Source of the DNA: an uncultured virus (IMG/VR IMGVR_UViG_3300012041_000001)
Taxonomy: Duplodnaviria > Heunggongvirae > Uroviricota > Caudoviricetes
IMG/VR virus record: IMGVR_UViG_3300012041_000001
DNA length: 64,000 nucleotides
Reading direction: 5' to 3' (one strand)
Made by a program: the position numbers and the translations under genes. This document shows, in pieces, positions 47,514-56,854 of this stretch (position 1 is its first letter; each line of letters opens with the position of its first letter). Under the pieces are notes generated by a model that saw nothing but the letters and a program-made list of their open reading frames with translations, was not told the origin of the DNA and made no database searches.

Positions 47514-47882
47514 CTATGCCTCAGTTGTTTCAGGAGCAATTGAGAAATACTCAAGGGCAATTCCTTCAGCCACAGAGATTTCATCCTCTAACAATTCCAA
47601 ATCCATTGTTAAAGAGCACATTTGTTCAACCCAATGAGTTGGATTGAAATTTTTGTCACCAGGACGTAAGCTGTCTCTTGTTTCAACAGATAAATCTGTT
47701 AAGTTCAAGATTGCTTCTTCAATGGTGTCTTTTCTTCTGCGTAATGTACGCAATTTATCTTCCATAGCAGATTTACTTGCTTTGAAGATTAATTTAGCTC
47801 TTGTATCAAGAACTTCTTGTCCTGAAGATGCTAATATTCCTTGAAATTTTGGTGCTCCTTGAGCTGCTGTTCCATTTGACAT
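47514..47882 (-). CDS. Coiled-coil hypothetical protein
   Basis: 122-aa ORF. Confidence 0.7.
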   Translation of the reverse strand: MSNGTAAQGAPKFQGILASSGQEVLDTRAKLIFKASKSAMEDKLRTLRRRKDTIEEAILNLTDLSVETRDSLRPGDKNFNPTHWVEQMCSLTMDLELLEDEISVAEGIALEYFSIAPETTEA

Positions 47883-48027
47883 GTTTTCTAGTTTTTAGAA
47901 TTTTTAAATAAAAGTAAATTGTTTATCGAGCATTAATAGGGTTTAAGCAGATTTGGCGTTGCTTTAAGGACTTCTAATTTGCATGATCGAGTTGTTTATA
48001 ATTGATTAATATTTGAACCTTGTATAT

Positions 48028-48058
48028 AAAAAAAGTCCCTTATTTCTAAGGGACTTTT
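48028..48058 (-). terminator. Intrinsic terminator after the T9SS-cargo gene
   Basis: AAAAGTCCCTTA-TTTC-TAAGGGACTTTT with a T-run on the - strand. Confidence 0.85.
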
Positions 48059-48074
48059 CTTACTATAAAACTTC

Positions 48075-50453
48075 TTATTCTTTGATTATGCGCAGAGTTC
48101 TTTGCTCTGTTGCCTGATTAAGAATGATGTTATACATTCCTGTAGAATAATCTCTTCCAAACAAAGGAGAGTTAAATTCATCAGGCGTAATTGTTCTGGT
48201 CTCAACAGAACGTCCTAGAACATCATAGATGCTCATATTAATAGGATTGATAAGATTAGTACTTCTTACTGAGAAAGTGCTTCCAAATGGATTAGGATAC
48301 ACTGTGAATGTAGACGAAGGCGCTACATTCCCTGTAGCATTAACCCCCTTTTGTGAACTTCTTATTGAAGTACAAGTAGATTGTGTTGTATTAGGTGATT
48401 TCACAACATCACAATGTCTTCCAGCACCATTTTCATTGTTGTATCTGTCTAATAAAGAACCAGCTGCACCACATGTACCATTAGCAAAAGCTGCATTAAC
48501 TAAAGCTTGTAAATCAGCTATAGTTGCAACTGAATAATCTAAAGTACCATCACAGATGTTTAGCAATGCTGCTACAGATTGTCTAGCTAAGTTGTTACAA
48601 TCACCACCACCTAAATTCAATGCTTGAAGCAATGTTAAACCAGCAGGAAGTGTTGAACCAGTGAATACAGAATTATATGGTGTACAAGTTGTATAACAAT
48701 CCCAAGCTAATGTATGGTTTTTCCAGTATCCTAAAGTACAACCATTAGGTTGTGCACAAGATAAAACAAGAACAGTTTGACTGCAAGAAGCTGATGTGTT
48801 ATCACACTCATCTTCAGCTGTCCAAGATTGTGTATGAGATACACTTCCATCAGGGTTATTTACAACTACTAAAGCACCTGGAATTATATCAATATCTCCA
48901 GGAGCAGTACAATTGTCTGTTGCTGTTGGAGTATCAAATACAACTGCTGCATCACAAGCAACCTCTTTATTAGGTAAACAATTGATAACTGGAGCAGTAG
49001 TATCTATTCTGTATGTAAATACCTGATCACAAGTATCAAATAGACCACACGAATTTTCAACTCTATAAGTACGAGTAAGCGTTAGTGCGCAATCAGTACC
49101 AGTAACTACATCACTAGATGTATATGGTAAAGTAGGGCAATCTGAATCAACTGTAGGAGCTGTTGGATCAGGAATGGTTGGGTTACAACCCAATGCTCCA
49201 CCTGGAGCACATGTAATAACTGGAGGAACAGCAGCAAGAATTTGAATACGTCTTACAAAAGGAATATCTGAAATACATCTGTCTGCAATTCTACCACTAA
49301 TAACAATAGGTCCTTCACATAAAGAAGTTATAACAACAGGATCAAATGTTAATTGTGCAAGACAACCACCAGTATAACCAAATTCTGTTTTGTAAGCAGC
49401 AATAATTCCTAAAAGAGTACCTTCATCCACAATATCACATGCTGCAACTTCTCTGTCAGCAGGTAAAGTAGGCTCAATTACAGGAGGAGGAGTAATTGTA
49501 TATGTTGCAGTACAAGATTCCTCTTGTTCACATCTGTCTGTTACTACCCATCTTACTGTAATTGCTCCACCACATAAATCAGGAGCTTGAATTGGTGCTC
49601 CAGGAATAGTATTAACAATTATTGGAGGAAAACCACCTGAAGTAGTAAATGAATCTAACCAATTTTGAAAATGTGCATCAAGAGCAGTTTGATCTGCAAA
49701 CTGACATGAAGGGTGTGATAAAGTAAGAGGACAGTTTGTGATAATTGGGTCTGGTGGTACAGGAGCACCATTAATTACAGGAGAAGTAGCAGTACATCCA
49801 TCACAGTCTGTAATTCTGATTACATAATTCTGTGGAATTACGCCAGGAAAGCTACCTGTAGTATTTGTTGCTACTACTACTCCACCAGGAGAGGTAACTA
49901 AATTATAGGTGTATTGTCCACAACCACCAGGGAGACTAGGGAATTGAACAATTTGATCTGATGTTCCTAATTTAGTACCAGTTAATCCAGGAGTAATTGA
50001 TACAGTAGTGAGATCATTAGGACAATCTACAGGAGTAGCACTACCTTGTATAACTAAAACTTTAGTAAATACTGAAGCAGCACATCCTGTACCTGCTGGA
50101 TCACCTGGTAGAGACATTCTAACTTCAGTAGAACCAGATAAAGGTCCTAAAAGTACAGCTACGCTATTAAACAAACCAGAAGAAACAGTAGTAGTAGAAG
50201 TTAGGGAATTGTTGTTAACAAATCTAGCACCACCAGTACTATCTCCTGTAATAGTCCAAGTTAAGGTTGTACCATTATCTAAAAGAACACTTGCTGTAGT
50301 GTAGACAATGAGGTTGCCAGGTCCAGCACAGACAAATCTAGGTTCAGCACTTGCATTACACTGTGCAGACAAATCATTCGTGCCCAATAACGTCACGACT
50401 AACAGAAATAGTAGGGCCAATCTTTGGACACTACAACGTAGAATTTTTTTCAT
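48075..50453 (-). CDS. Secreted Cys-rich protein with HYR-like repeats and T9SS type A sorting domain
   Basis: Sec signal ending LSA-Q, DTTAPVINC/ATDNC repeats, a GCTLGYWKNH domain and a C-terminus VYPNPF...IYDVLGR...GMY...LRIIKE. Confidence 0.9.
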   Translation of the reverse strand: MKKILRCSVQRLALLFLLVVTLLGTNDLSAQCNASAEPRFVCAGPGNLIVYTTASVLLDNGTTLTWTITGDSTGGARFVNNNSLTSTTTVSSGLFNSVAVLLGPLSGSTEVRMSLPGDPAGTGCAASVFTKVLVIQGSATPVDCPNDLTTVSITPGLTGTKLGTSDQIVQFPSLPGGCGQYTYNLVTSPGGVVVATNTTGSFPGVIPQNYVIRITDCDGCTATSPVINGAPVPPDPIITNCPLTLSHPSCQFADQTALDAHFQNWLDSFTTSGGFPPIIVNTIPGAPIQAPDLCGGAITVRWVVTDRCEQEESCTATYTITPPPVIEPTLPADREVAACDIVDEGTLLGIIAAYKTEFGYTGGCLAQLTFDPVVITSLCEGPIVISGRIADRCISDIPFVRRIQILAAVPPVITCAPGGALGCNPTIPDPTAPTVDSDCPTLPYTSSDVVTGTDCALTLTRTYRVENSCGLFDTCDQVFTYRIDTTAPVINCLPNKEVACDAAVVFDTPTATDNCTAPGDIDIIPGALVVVNNPDGSVSHTQSWTAEDECDNTSASCSQTVLVLSCAQPNGCTLGYWKNHTLAWDCYTTCTPYNSVFTGSTLPAGLTLLQALNLGGGDCNNLARQSVAALLNICDGTLDYSVATIADLQALVNAAFANGTCGAAGSLLDRYNNENGAGRHCDVVKSPNTTQSTCTSIRSSQKGVNATGNVAPSSTFTVYPNPFGSTFSVRSTNLINPINMSIYDVLGRSVETRTITPDEFNSPLFGRDYSTGMYNIILNQATEQRTLRIIKE

Positions 50454-50478
50454 TTTTATAAAAATTTAAAAGTTTAGG

Positions 50479-50486
50479 CAAATGTA
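50479..50486 (-). promoter_or_regulatory. Bacteroidota -7 promoter element (TACATTTG) for the T9SS-cargo gene
   Basis: TAnnTTTG 25 nt upstream of the start codon. Confidence 0.55.
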
Positions 50487-50778
50487 CTTAAAAATTTGTT
50501 AATGTGCACATTACAATGAAATTTTAACAATGAAAAATCCTTACTTTTTGTGAGGATTCTCTTAGTTTCTACCTCTACCTTTAGTTCCTCTATTCTTCTC
50601 ATTTCTACATGGAAATTGTCTTACATAGACAGGTGTAATATCCTATTAAACAGGAGATACATAGTGTTCCTTTTGTTAATGAAAACATAGTTAGTTCTAA
50701 AGGTAATAATTTGGACATGAGTAAATGGAGAGCCTACCTCCAGTCCTTGGCATTCAATTCCAACAAAAAGTGTTGGAT

Positions 50779-51048
50779 TTACTTAATAGGATAAACATAT
50801 CTTCTGAAATAATTAGTATTAGTCCAGTGTTCTACCCCTTTTTTATTCATAATCTTCACACATCTAGGATGTGTATCTACAATTTTGACAGTATCTACTT
50901 CAAACCCACCACATTCAGTATAACTACGTGTGAATACAAACTCATTCCCTATATATATAGGATCTCTATAAGTAGTAAGCTCCTTCTCTTTAGAAGGAGC
51001 ACATGCTAATACAGTGGCTATTAAGCCTAAAAAAATAAATTTTCCCAT
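50779..51048 (-). CDS. Putative lipoprotein
   Basis: MGKFIFLGLIATVLA-C lipobox-like signal. Confidence 0.6.
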   Translation of the reverse strand: MGKFIFLGLIATVLACAPSKEKELTTYRDPIYIGNEFVFTRSYTECGGFEVDTVKIVDTHPRCVKIMNKKGVEHWTNTNYFRRYVYPIK

Positions 51049-51290
51049 AATTAATCTGATTTGTGTTTATTTAATAGTTTCCATTTATCTTCAAGAACTT
51101 TATACATATCAAGATGAACAGGAGTACATCTGGAATGATAGAATATAGCTCTCATTTCTATTTCGATAGCTCTAATCTCAGTCATATGGCCTCTTATTTC
51201 GTCTCTAACTAGTACTCTTTTCTTATTTTTAATAATCACTCTTGTCATAGGTGCATTAGTAGTTTTTAGCATGATAGTGTGTGGTTTAAT

Positions 51291-51323
51291 AAAAAGCTCC
51301 TCTATATTTCAAGAGGAGCTTTT
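51291..51323 (-). terminator. Intrinsic terminator
   Basis: AAAAGCTCCTCT/AGAGGAGCTTTT stem. Confidence 0.8.
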
Positions 51324-51329
51324 AATGGT

Positions 51330-52121
51330 TTAGTTTAATAGATCTTTGTTCTCACCTTCAGCTTTAGATGCTGATTTTGGCATTCTTTTAGCCTTTTTAG
51401 ACTCTTTCTCTACATTCTCAACAAATGCCTCAACATTGTTAATAATGTTCTCTTTAATGGTCTCTTCTCCATTTTTAGTAGCATCAAAAATATCAGCTGC
51501 TACTTTAGCTTTACGTGCTTTGATTACAGCCTGCTCAAATTTTTCAAAGCTATCATAGTCATTTGGATCAACACCAAATAGGCTACGTTTACCTTTCATT
51601 TCAACAACCTGTACATCTACAGCACTATTAGGCATATTCTTAAGGGTGTCCTTAATGGTACGCATCAATACTTTGACATCCTCAGGCATATCATCAGGCA
51701 TATTGTTTATGTCAAGAGTTTGAAACCCTTTTTCAGAAGCAACATGACCAGTAAGTCTGTCCTCAACATCATTATCTCTTTTTCTTGGTTTAAGATTGGC
51801 ACCATACATTTCAGGATACAAATCATTCACTGCTTCATCAGTCATAGATTTAGTATCCATGTCCCCATTAAACATTACTTTGTATGCCTTAGTTACCTGG
51901 CCAACTTTAGATTCAAGCTTAGCCATTATACCCAGAATTCTGTCTGCTTTACATAGCATACATGGTTCTTTCTTTGTGTGACGCTTGTCACCTTGTATCA
52001 TTACATTACATAACTCTTTCTGAGCTATAATGTATTTAGCAATTGTAGCTCTTGCTACCTTCTCCATAGCTGCTTTAGCTACTGTTTCATTTTTTTGACT
52101 GTGTTTTTGAAATAAACTCAT
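51330..52121 (-). CDS. Hypothetical protein
   Basis: 263-aa charged ORF with C/H/CxxC near the N-terminus. Confidence 0.7.
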   Translation of the reverse strand: MSLFQKHSQKNETVAKAAMEKVARATIAKYIIAQKELCNVMIQGDKRHTKKEPCMLCKADRILGIMAKLESKVGQVTKAYKVMFNGDMDTKSMTDEAVNDLYPEMYGANLKPRKRDNDVEDRLTGHVASEKGFQTLDINNMPDDMPEDVKVLMRTIKDTLKNMPNSAVDVQVVEMKGKRSLFGVDPNDYDSFEKFEQAVIKARKAKVAADIFDATKNGEETIKENIINNVEAFVENVEKESKKAKRMPKSASKAEGENKDLLN

Positions 52122-52140
52122 CGTTATTAATTATTAAGGG

Positions 52141-52407
52141 TTATTGAATACTTTCTTTGTCCACTCTACAGTATATGTGTAGAATGTCTTTAACTTCTTC
52201 ATGCACTTTCTTAGAGTATGTATACTCTATTCTTGCCTTGGGTACATACCCCACAACAGTTCCTATCTTAGGTATAGTTTCCAATATGTGCATTAAATGT
52301 AATTCACCTATTGTTTTTACTCCTAATACCTTCAATATAACCTTGGTTCTTACTGTAATATCAAGATCTTCTATCTTAACATTATTATTGTCTGTTTTTA
52401 TATGCAT
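52141..52407 (-). CDS. Stand-alone RNA polymerase alpha-subunit C-terminal domain-like protein
   Basis: IEDLDITVRTKVILKVLGVKTIGEL...KKVHEEVKDIL aligns by eye with the alpha-CTD consensus [25 protein letters not shown]...KKSLTEIKDVL. Confidence 0.7.
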   Translation of the reverse strand: MHIKTDNNNVKIEDLDITVRTKVILKVLGVKTIGELHLMHILETIPKIGTVVGYVPKARIEYTYSKKVHEEVKDILHIYCRVDKESIQ

Positions 52408-52633
52408 TGTATAGATATTATTTATCGTTTATAAATATGTAATAGACTAAGCCTATGGTAAACCTAATCACAAGCCCATAGGCAAAATCTATTACTCCTA
52501 ACTAACCTTATAAATAAAAAGTATTATGAAAACTTGATATTCTCCTCTAAATTCCAGACCTTTGAGGCACAGTCGAAAGACACTTGAGACTTAATATTAC
52601 TGCTCTTATATATTCCTCAGACAGCACCCCAGA

Positions 52634-53026
52634 TTACTTATTCTGCATCTCACTAATCTTATTAGATAATTCAGCTGCATATTTCTTTCTCTTTAAAGCA
52701 TACTCCTCGAATGTTATATTATTATTACAAGGAGTAACCTGTAATAGACAGGCTAGTTTAAATGGACTAAATTTATTGTCTACACTATAGATTTTGGGAT
52801 ATACCTCTACTGTTGTCTCCAGGAGTAAATAAGGATTACCAATTGGATCCTCACTTAAATTAGGAACAAAGTCAAATCTACCCACACCTATGCGCATAAC
52901 TTTCTTAAATAGTATGTCTCTTAATCCTTTAGTCATAGTACAACTATTTAATGTAGAATCTTTAAAATCAATGGCCTTAATGACTTTGTTATCTAAATCC
53001 AAAATTATTTTTGCTTTTGCTTTCAT
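52634..53026 (-). CDS. Hypothetical protein
   Basis: 130-aa ORF. Confidence 0.55.
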   Translation of the reverse strand: MKAKAKIILDLDNKVIKAIDFKDSTLNSCTMTKGLRDILFKKVMRIGVGRFDFVPNLSEDPIGNPYLLLETTVEVYPKIYSVDNKFSPFKLACLLQVTPCNNNITFEEYALKRKKYAAELSNKISEMQNK

Positions 53027-53240
53027 TTATTTTAATGTTTTTAGCTTTATTTCTATTGTACTTTGTCTGAACAAATATTAAATCCTTGACATCAGTCCAA
53101 AAATCCTTTTTAGTAGTTCTGGTCATCAATCTAGCTCTGTCTCCTTTAATCTCAACCAATATGAATCTCATTCTATGGTCAGATTGCCATTTAGTGTGAT
53201 AATTACAACCCACTACTATTTGATTCTCTAAACTCTCCAT
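52989..53240 (-). CDS. Hypothetical protein (SH3/KOW-like small beta protein)
   Basis: 83-aa ORF. Confidence 0.55.
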   Translation of the reverse strand: MESLENQIVVGCNYHTKWQSDHRMRFILVEIKGDRARLMTRTTKKDFWTDVKDLIFVQTKYNRNKAKNIKINESKSKNNFGFR

Positions 53241-53241
53241 A

Positions 53242-53706
53242 TTATTTTAATAAATTATCTAATTCATCAAAAATTTCAGAAGCCATAACTCTTAAACTTG
53301 CAATTCTTGTTCTATCCTTTGTAAAATTGGAATATTTTAACTTAAGAATACGTATTTTAGCTGTAAGCTTATCAAGATCTTCCTTACCTTCAAGACTTTT
53401 ATTATGTGCCAAATGAAATTCTATCTCATTACGCAATTTAGTCTTAAAGTCTAGTTCATCTTTCAGTCCTTTAATCTCTAATTCAATCTTATTAAAACAT
53501 TCTTTAAGCTTTTGACGAGTGTTCTTAATTCCTTTAAATTCCTTACTATTAAAATCAACATCTTTATATTGATTTTTAAGGTGACTCAATGAGTTTTGAA
53601 GATCCATTTTTCTTTTAATTAAAGCACTTCTTTTAGCTTTTATATCTAAAATAAGACCATCAATCATCAATAAATCTTTTTTAGTGGGGTTAAATTCTTT
53701 CTCCAT
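53242..53706 (-). CDS. Coiled-coil hypothetical protein
   Basis: 154 aa, Lys/Leu/Glu heptads. Confidence 0.65.
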   Translation of the reverse strand: MEKEFNPTKKDLLMIDGLILDIKAKRSALIKRKMDLQNSLSHLKNQYKDVDFNSKEFKGIKNTRQKLKECFNKIELEIKGLKDELDFKTKLRNEIEFHLAHNKSLEGKEDLDKLTAKIRILKLKYSNFTKDRTRIASLRVMASEIFDELDNLLK

Positions 53707-53786
53707 ACTATTTATTATTTCTAGTTATAGCAAATAGCCAGGCCCCTACTAAGAGGCCTGCTAGTATACAAATAAAATCTGCCATA

Positions 53787-54161
53787 TTAATAACTGTTAT
53801 AAATCAGTTCATCAATATCCTCATCAGTTAATGGTATCTCCATTATATTAGGCACATTACTTTGTAATGATCTAATATGCTTAAATAATGGATGTTTAGT
53901 ATTAATTCTTTTATAATTACTACCCATTATCATATGTACTTCTTTACCATCAGAGACTATATCGCCTACACATGTGCTGCGTACACCATATTCTCTGTAA
54001 TCAGCATTGAAATCATTCTGCGCCTGATAAAAGCTACGCACTAGATTTTCAGCTCTTACTGAACCAATAAACTCATAGTCTTTATCAAGACTACAGTCTA
54101 AATTTAATCTTCCATTCTTAGGATGGAAAATATTGTACTGTTTGATTGTTGTTATACTCAT
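53787..54161 (-). CDS. YodL-like domain protein
   Basis: RSTCVGDIV resembles the RSLSVGD motif. Confidence 0.5.
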   Translation of the reverse strand: MSITTIKQYNIFHPKNGRLNLDCSLDKDYEFIGSVRAENLVRSFYQAQNDFNADYREYGVRSTCVGDIVSDGKEVHMIMGSNYKRINTKHPLFKHIRSLQSNVPNIMEIPLTDEDIDELIYNSY

Positions 54162-54646
54162 CGTTTTTGTTGTTTGTTTATTCTTAATAGTTCTTCTTCG
54201 TATGCTTTGTGTGCCTCTTCTTCATCCTCAAAATAGCCTAAGTGCTTGCTTCCACCATCAACTGTTATTGTAGCATGCCAACACTCATCTCTAGTATACC
54301 AATGTACACCAGTATAAACACTGGTATGTGGTATATGTTTTCTATCACAACTCTCTCTTTTAGTGACAATCAAAAGATTATCAGCACTATCTGAACGAGT
54401 ATTATAATCCTTGTATTTAACCACTAAATCACTACTAGGGTCATAACCTAAAAATAGCTGAGCTACTAATGATCTAATGGTATATGGTTTATAGTCACCC
54501 TTAATAGAAAGATTAATACATCTATATCCTTTAATGATAAATGTCTTTAATATTCTACCAGTTTTATGGTTCATAACCTTTCCTGTATTGGACACACTAT
54601 AATTAGTAGTACCATATTTTATCCAAACTTCCATTAGTTCAAACAA
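54158..54646 (-). CDS. NUMOD4-HNH-AP2 endonuclease-like protein with degenerate HNH site
   Basis: YSVSNTGKV (NUMOD4) and SVYTGVHW...WHATI...KHLGYFEDEEEAHKAY (AP2). The HNH region reads VVKYKDYNTRSDSADNL. Confidence 0.8.
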   Translation of the reverse strand: MFELMEVWIKYGTTNYSVSNTGKVMNHKTGRILKTFIIKGYRCINLSIKGDYKPYTIRSLVAQLFLGYDPSSDLVVKYKDYNTRSDSADNLLIVTKRESCDRKHIPHTSVYTGVHWYTRDECWHATITVDGGSKHLGYFEDEEEAHKAYEEELLRINKQQKR

Positions 54647-55640
54647 ATTACAGGATAGTTCATATATTGGGCATTAGACATAGCATCGTGTGCTATACAT
54701 GCTGGTACATCATCTTCATCTCCTTCAAAAATGAGATGAAAATATAAACCACCATCTATTCCTGTTTTAGCCCACCAAAACAGTACTGGTTTAGTTTCTC
54801 TTTCCATTATTACGTATATTATTAAATAATAAAAAAAGCACATAAAACTTCTCACAAACGTGGTGAGCATAGAAACTGTGCTTTGATTCTATCCCTAGAA
54901 TATTTTTTAAACTTTCCCCAAAGTTAAAACTTAGCATACCTACTATGCTGTGCATTTTACACCTAAAACTCGTAGCCCTATTAAATAAACTTAGTATGAT
55001 TTGTCGATAATCGAAGTTTACTACAAGAAAAACTGGTGTTCTCAATGTCTTGAAAGGTTATTGAGTTTTTAACGTACAAACGTGGCACGTATAAGTTAGC
55101 AGGGCTGATTACACATATAAATCTTAAAAACATATGAAAACAAATTTATACCAGCCCTGCCTAATAGATATTATCTATGGTAAATACCAAAAACCATAGA
55201 CATTCTCTATTATAATATTGTCCAAAGATAAGACATAGCTATAATAACAGCATTAACAATTACTATTGCTCTAAATACTGCACTATTTACCCTTCTTTTA
55301 TGTATTTTCTCAGCGTAATTAAGTATTTGATCACGCTTCCAGGCATCCAATTCAGGCATGCCCAATAAATATTTCCTAAACTCATCTCTCATTGTCCTCT
55401 ATTTTATATTTACGATATAAACGTCTGATATATTGAGCTATACAAATAGACAATATAGTACCATATGCTATAAAAATAAGCTTTTGATATTGTTCAAACA
55501 ACTCAAATGTACACTCACCATACTTAATACCCATACCTATCCATGTTACCACAATAGTAAATAGGGTACAAGACAAAAAGATAGCAAAGATGCCCACAAG
55601 GGCCTCTATTGCTATCCATATCTTCTTCCATATATTCCAA

Positions 55641-55904
55641 TTATCCCTTACCATGAGACTCAAGAATACGTCTACAGTCATCATCTGTAGCTGGTTCAAC
55701 AATTATAGTGTCAACTAATGTACACTTGACAACCATCAGTTCACCATCTTCAGGGATATTTTTATCTAACCCATTGAATCTAATAACTACGTTATGTTCT
55801 GTATCTACAGATTTTGTTTTTTGTACAAAATTACCACTATGTGAACGTTTGTTACATCCAATTAGTAATACAGCCAATGCTGCAATAAGTATTGCTTTCT
55901 TCAT
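55641..55904 (-). CDS. Putative lipoprotein
   Basis: MKKAILIAALAVLLIG-C lipobox. Confidence 0.7.
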   Translation of the reverse strand: MKKAILIAALAVLLIGCNKRSHSGNFVQKTKSVDTEHNVVIRFNGLDKNIPEDGELMVVKCTLVDTIIVEPATDDDCRRILESHGKG

Positions 55905-56338
55905 AATTAATAATGTTGTTTAGGATTATCACTTCTTTTTTTTCTTCTGATGCCAAATAATAGACAAACTATTAAATTCACCATGGCTACAATATTTAGC
56001 CAAAAATACATATCATCTGATGTATCTTCCATATAGGCCATACATCCTGATATAAAGGCAAGAACAATGCTGAATATGCACCATATCTCCCAATACTCTC
56101 TTCTACTGTAATTTTTCTTCATCTTCATTATGATTATAATTAATAAACCATACAAAGTTAACAACTCCCCAAAATAAATAGGCCCACGTCACTAAAATTA
56201 ACACAGCAGAATTACAACAAAATGAATATGTGTATATAATATTCCAATCATTTATATGTAATATAATCAGATTAAATATCAATACTATTATAAACATCAT
56301 TAAAAATGACCATCTTGGTCTTCTCTTTCTCTCTTCCA

Positions 56339-56854
56339 TTATAAATAAGATTTAAGTTTATCCATTAATCTCTCCAATTTAGTACGTGGTGTACCAAATG
56401 TAAACTCTCTAGTTACACTACTACCTACAACAGGATGAAATCTAAGTGTGCATTTATATCCACATTTAATTAAATCTTTTTTCCTAATTACAAGTATAGC
56501 ATACATCTGACCAAATGTTAACCAATGGTAATCCATACCAAGACTGCCTTCCATTTGTATAACACCAATATGCCTAATTGACATATCTATTACAGCATCT
56601 CCCCATTTATCAATGATAATACTATTGACATGAGCATAAGGATGAGATCCAGGTTGATATTGTGTATGAGCATTATATGGGCTCAAAGGCGCCTTCATAA
56701 GCGCCTCATAAGCCAATTTAACCTCAATAAACTTATCATTATCTCCTCCAGGTATATCTGGATGACACTGCATAGCCAAACTACGATATGCCCTCTTAAT
56801 AACCTTCTTATCTTCTGTCTGAGGAATACCTAAAACCTTATAATATTCAGTCAT
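56339..56854 (-). CDS. J-domain (DnaJ-like) co-chaperone
   Basis: YYKVLGI...IKRAYRSLAMQCHPD...FIEVKLAYEAL. Confidence 0.9.
   Translation of the reverse strand: MTEYYKVLGIPQTEDKKVIKRAYRSLAMQCHPDIPGGDNDKFIEVKLAYEALMKAPLSPYNAHTQYQPGSHPYAHVNSIIIDKWGDAVIDMSIRHIGVIQMEGSLGMDYHWLTFGQMYAILVIRKKDLIKCGYKCTLRFHPVVGSSVTREFTFGTPRTKLERLMDKLKSYL

Noticed and set aside
52560..52635. CTGAGGA on the - strand suggesting a hammerhead ribozyme core
   Set aside because: No correctly placed GAAA or three-stem junction could be built.
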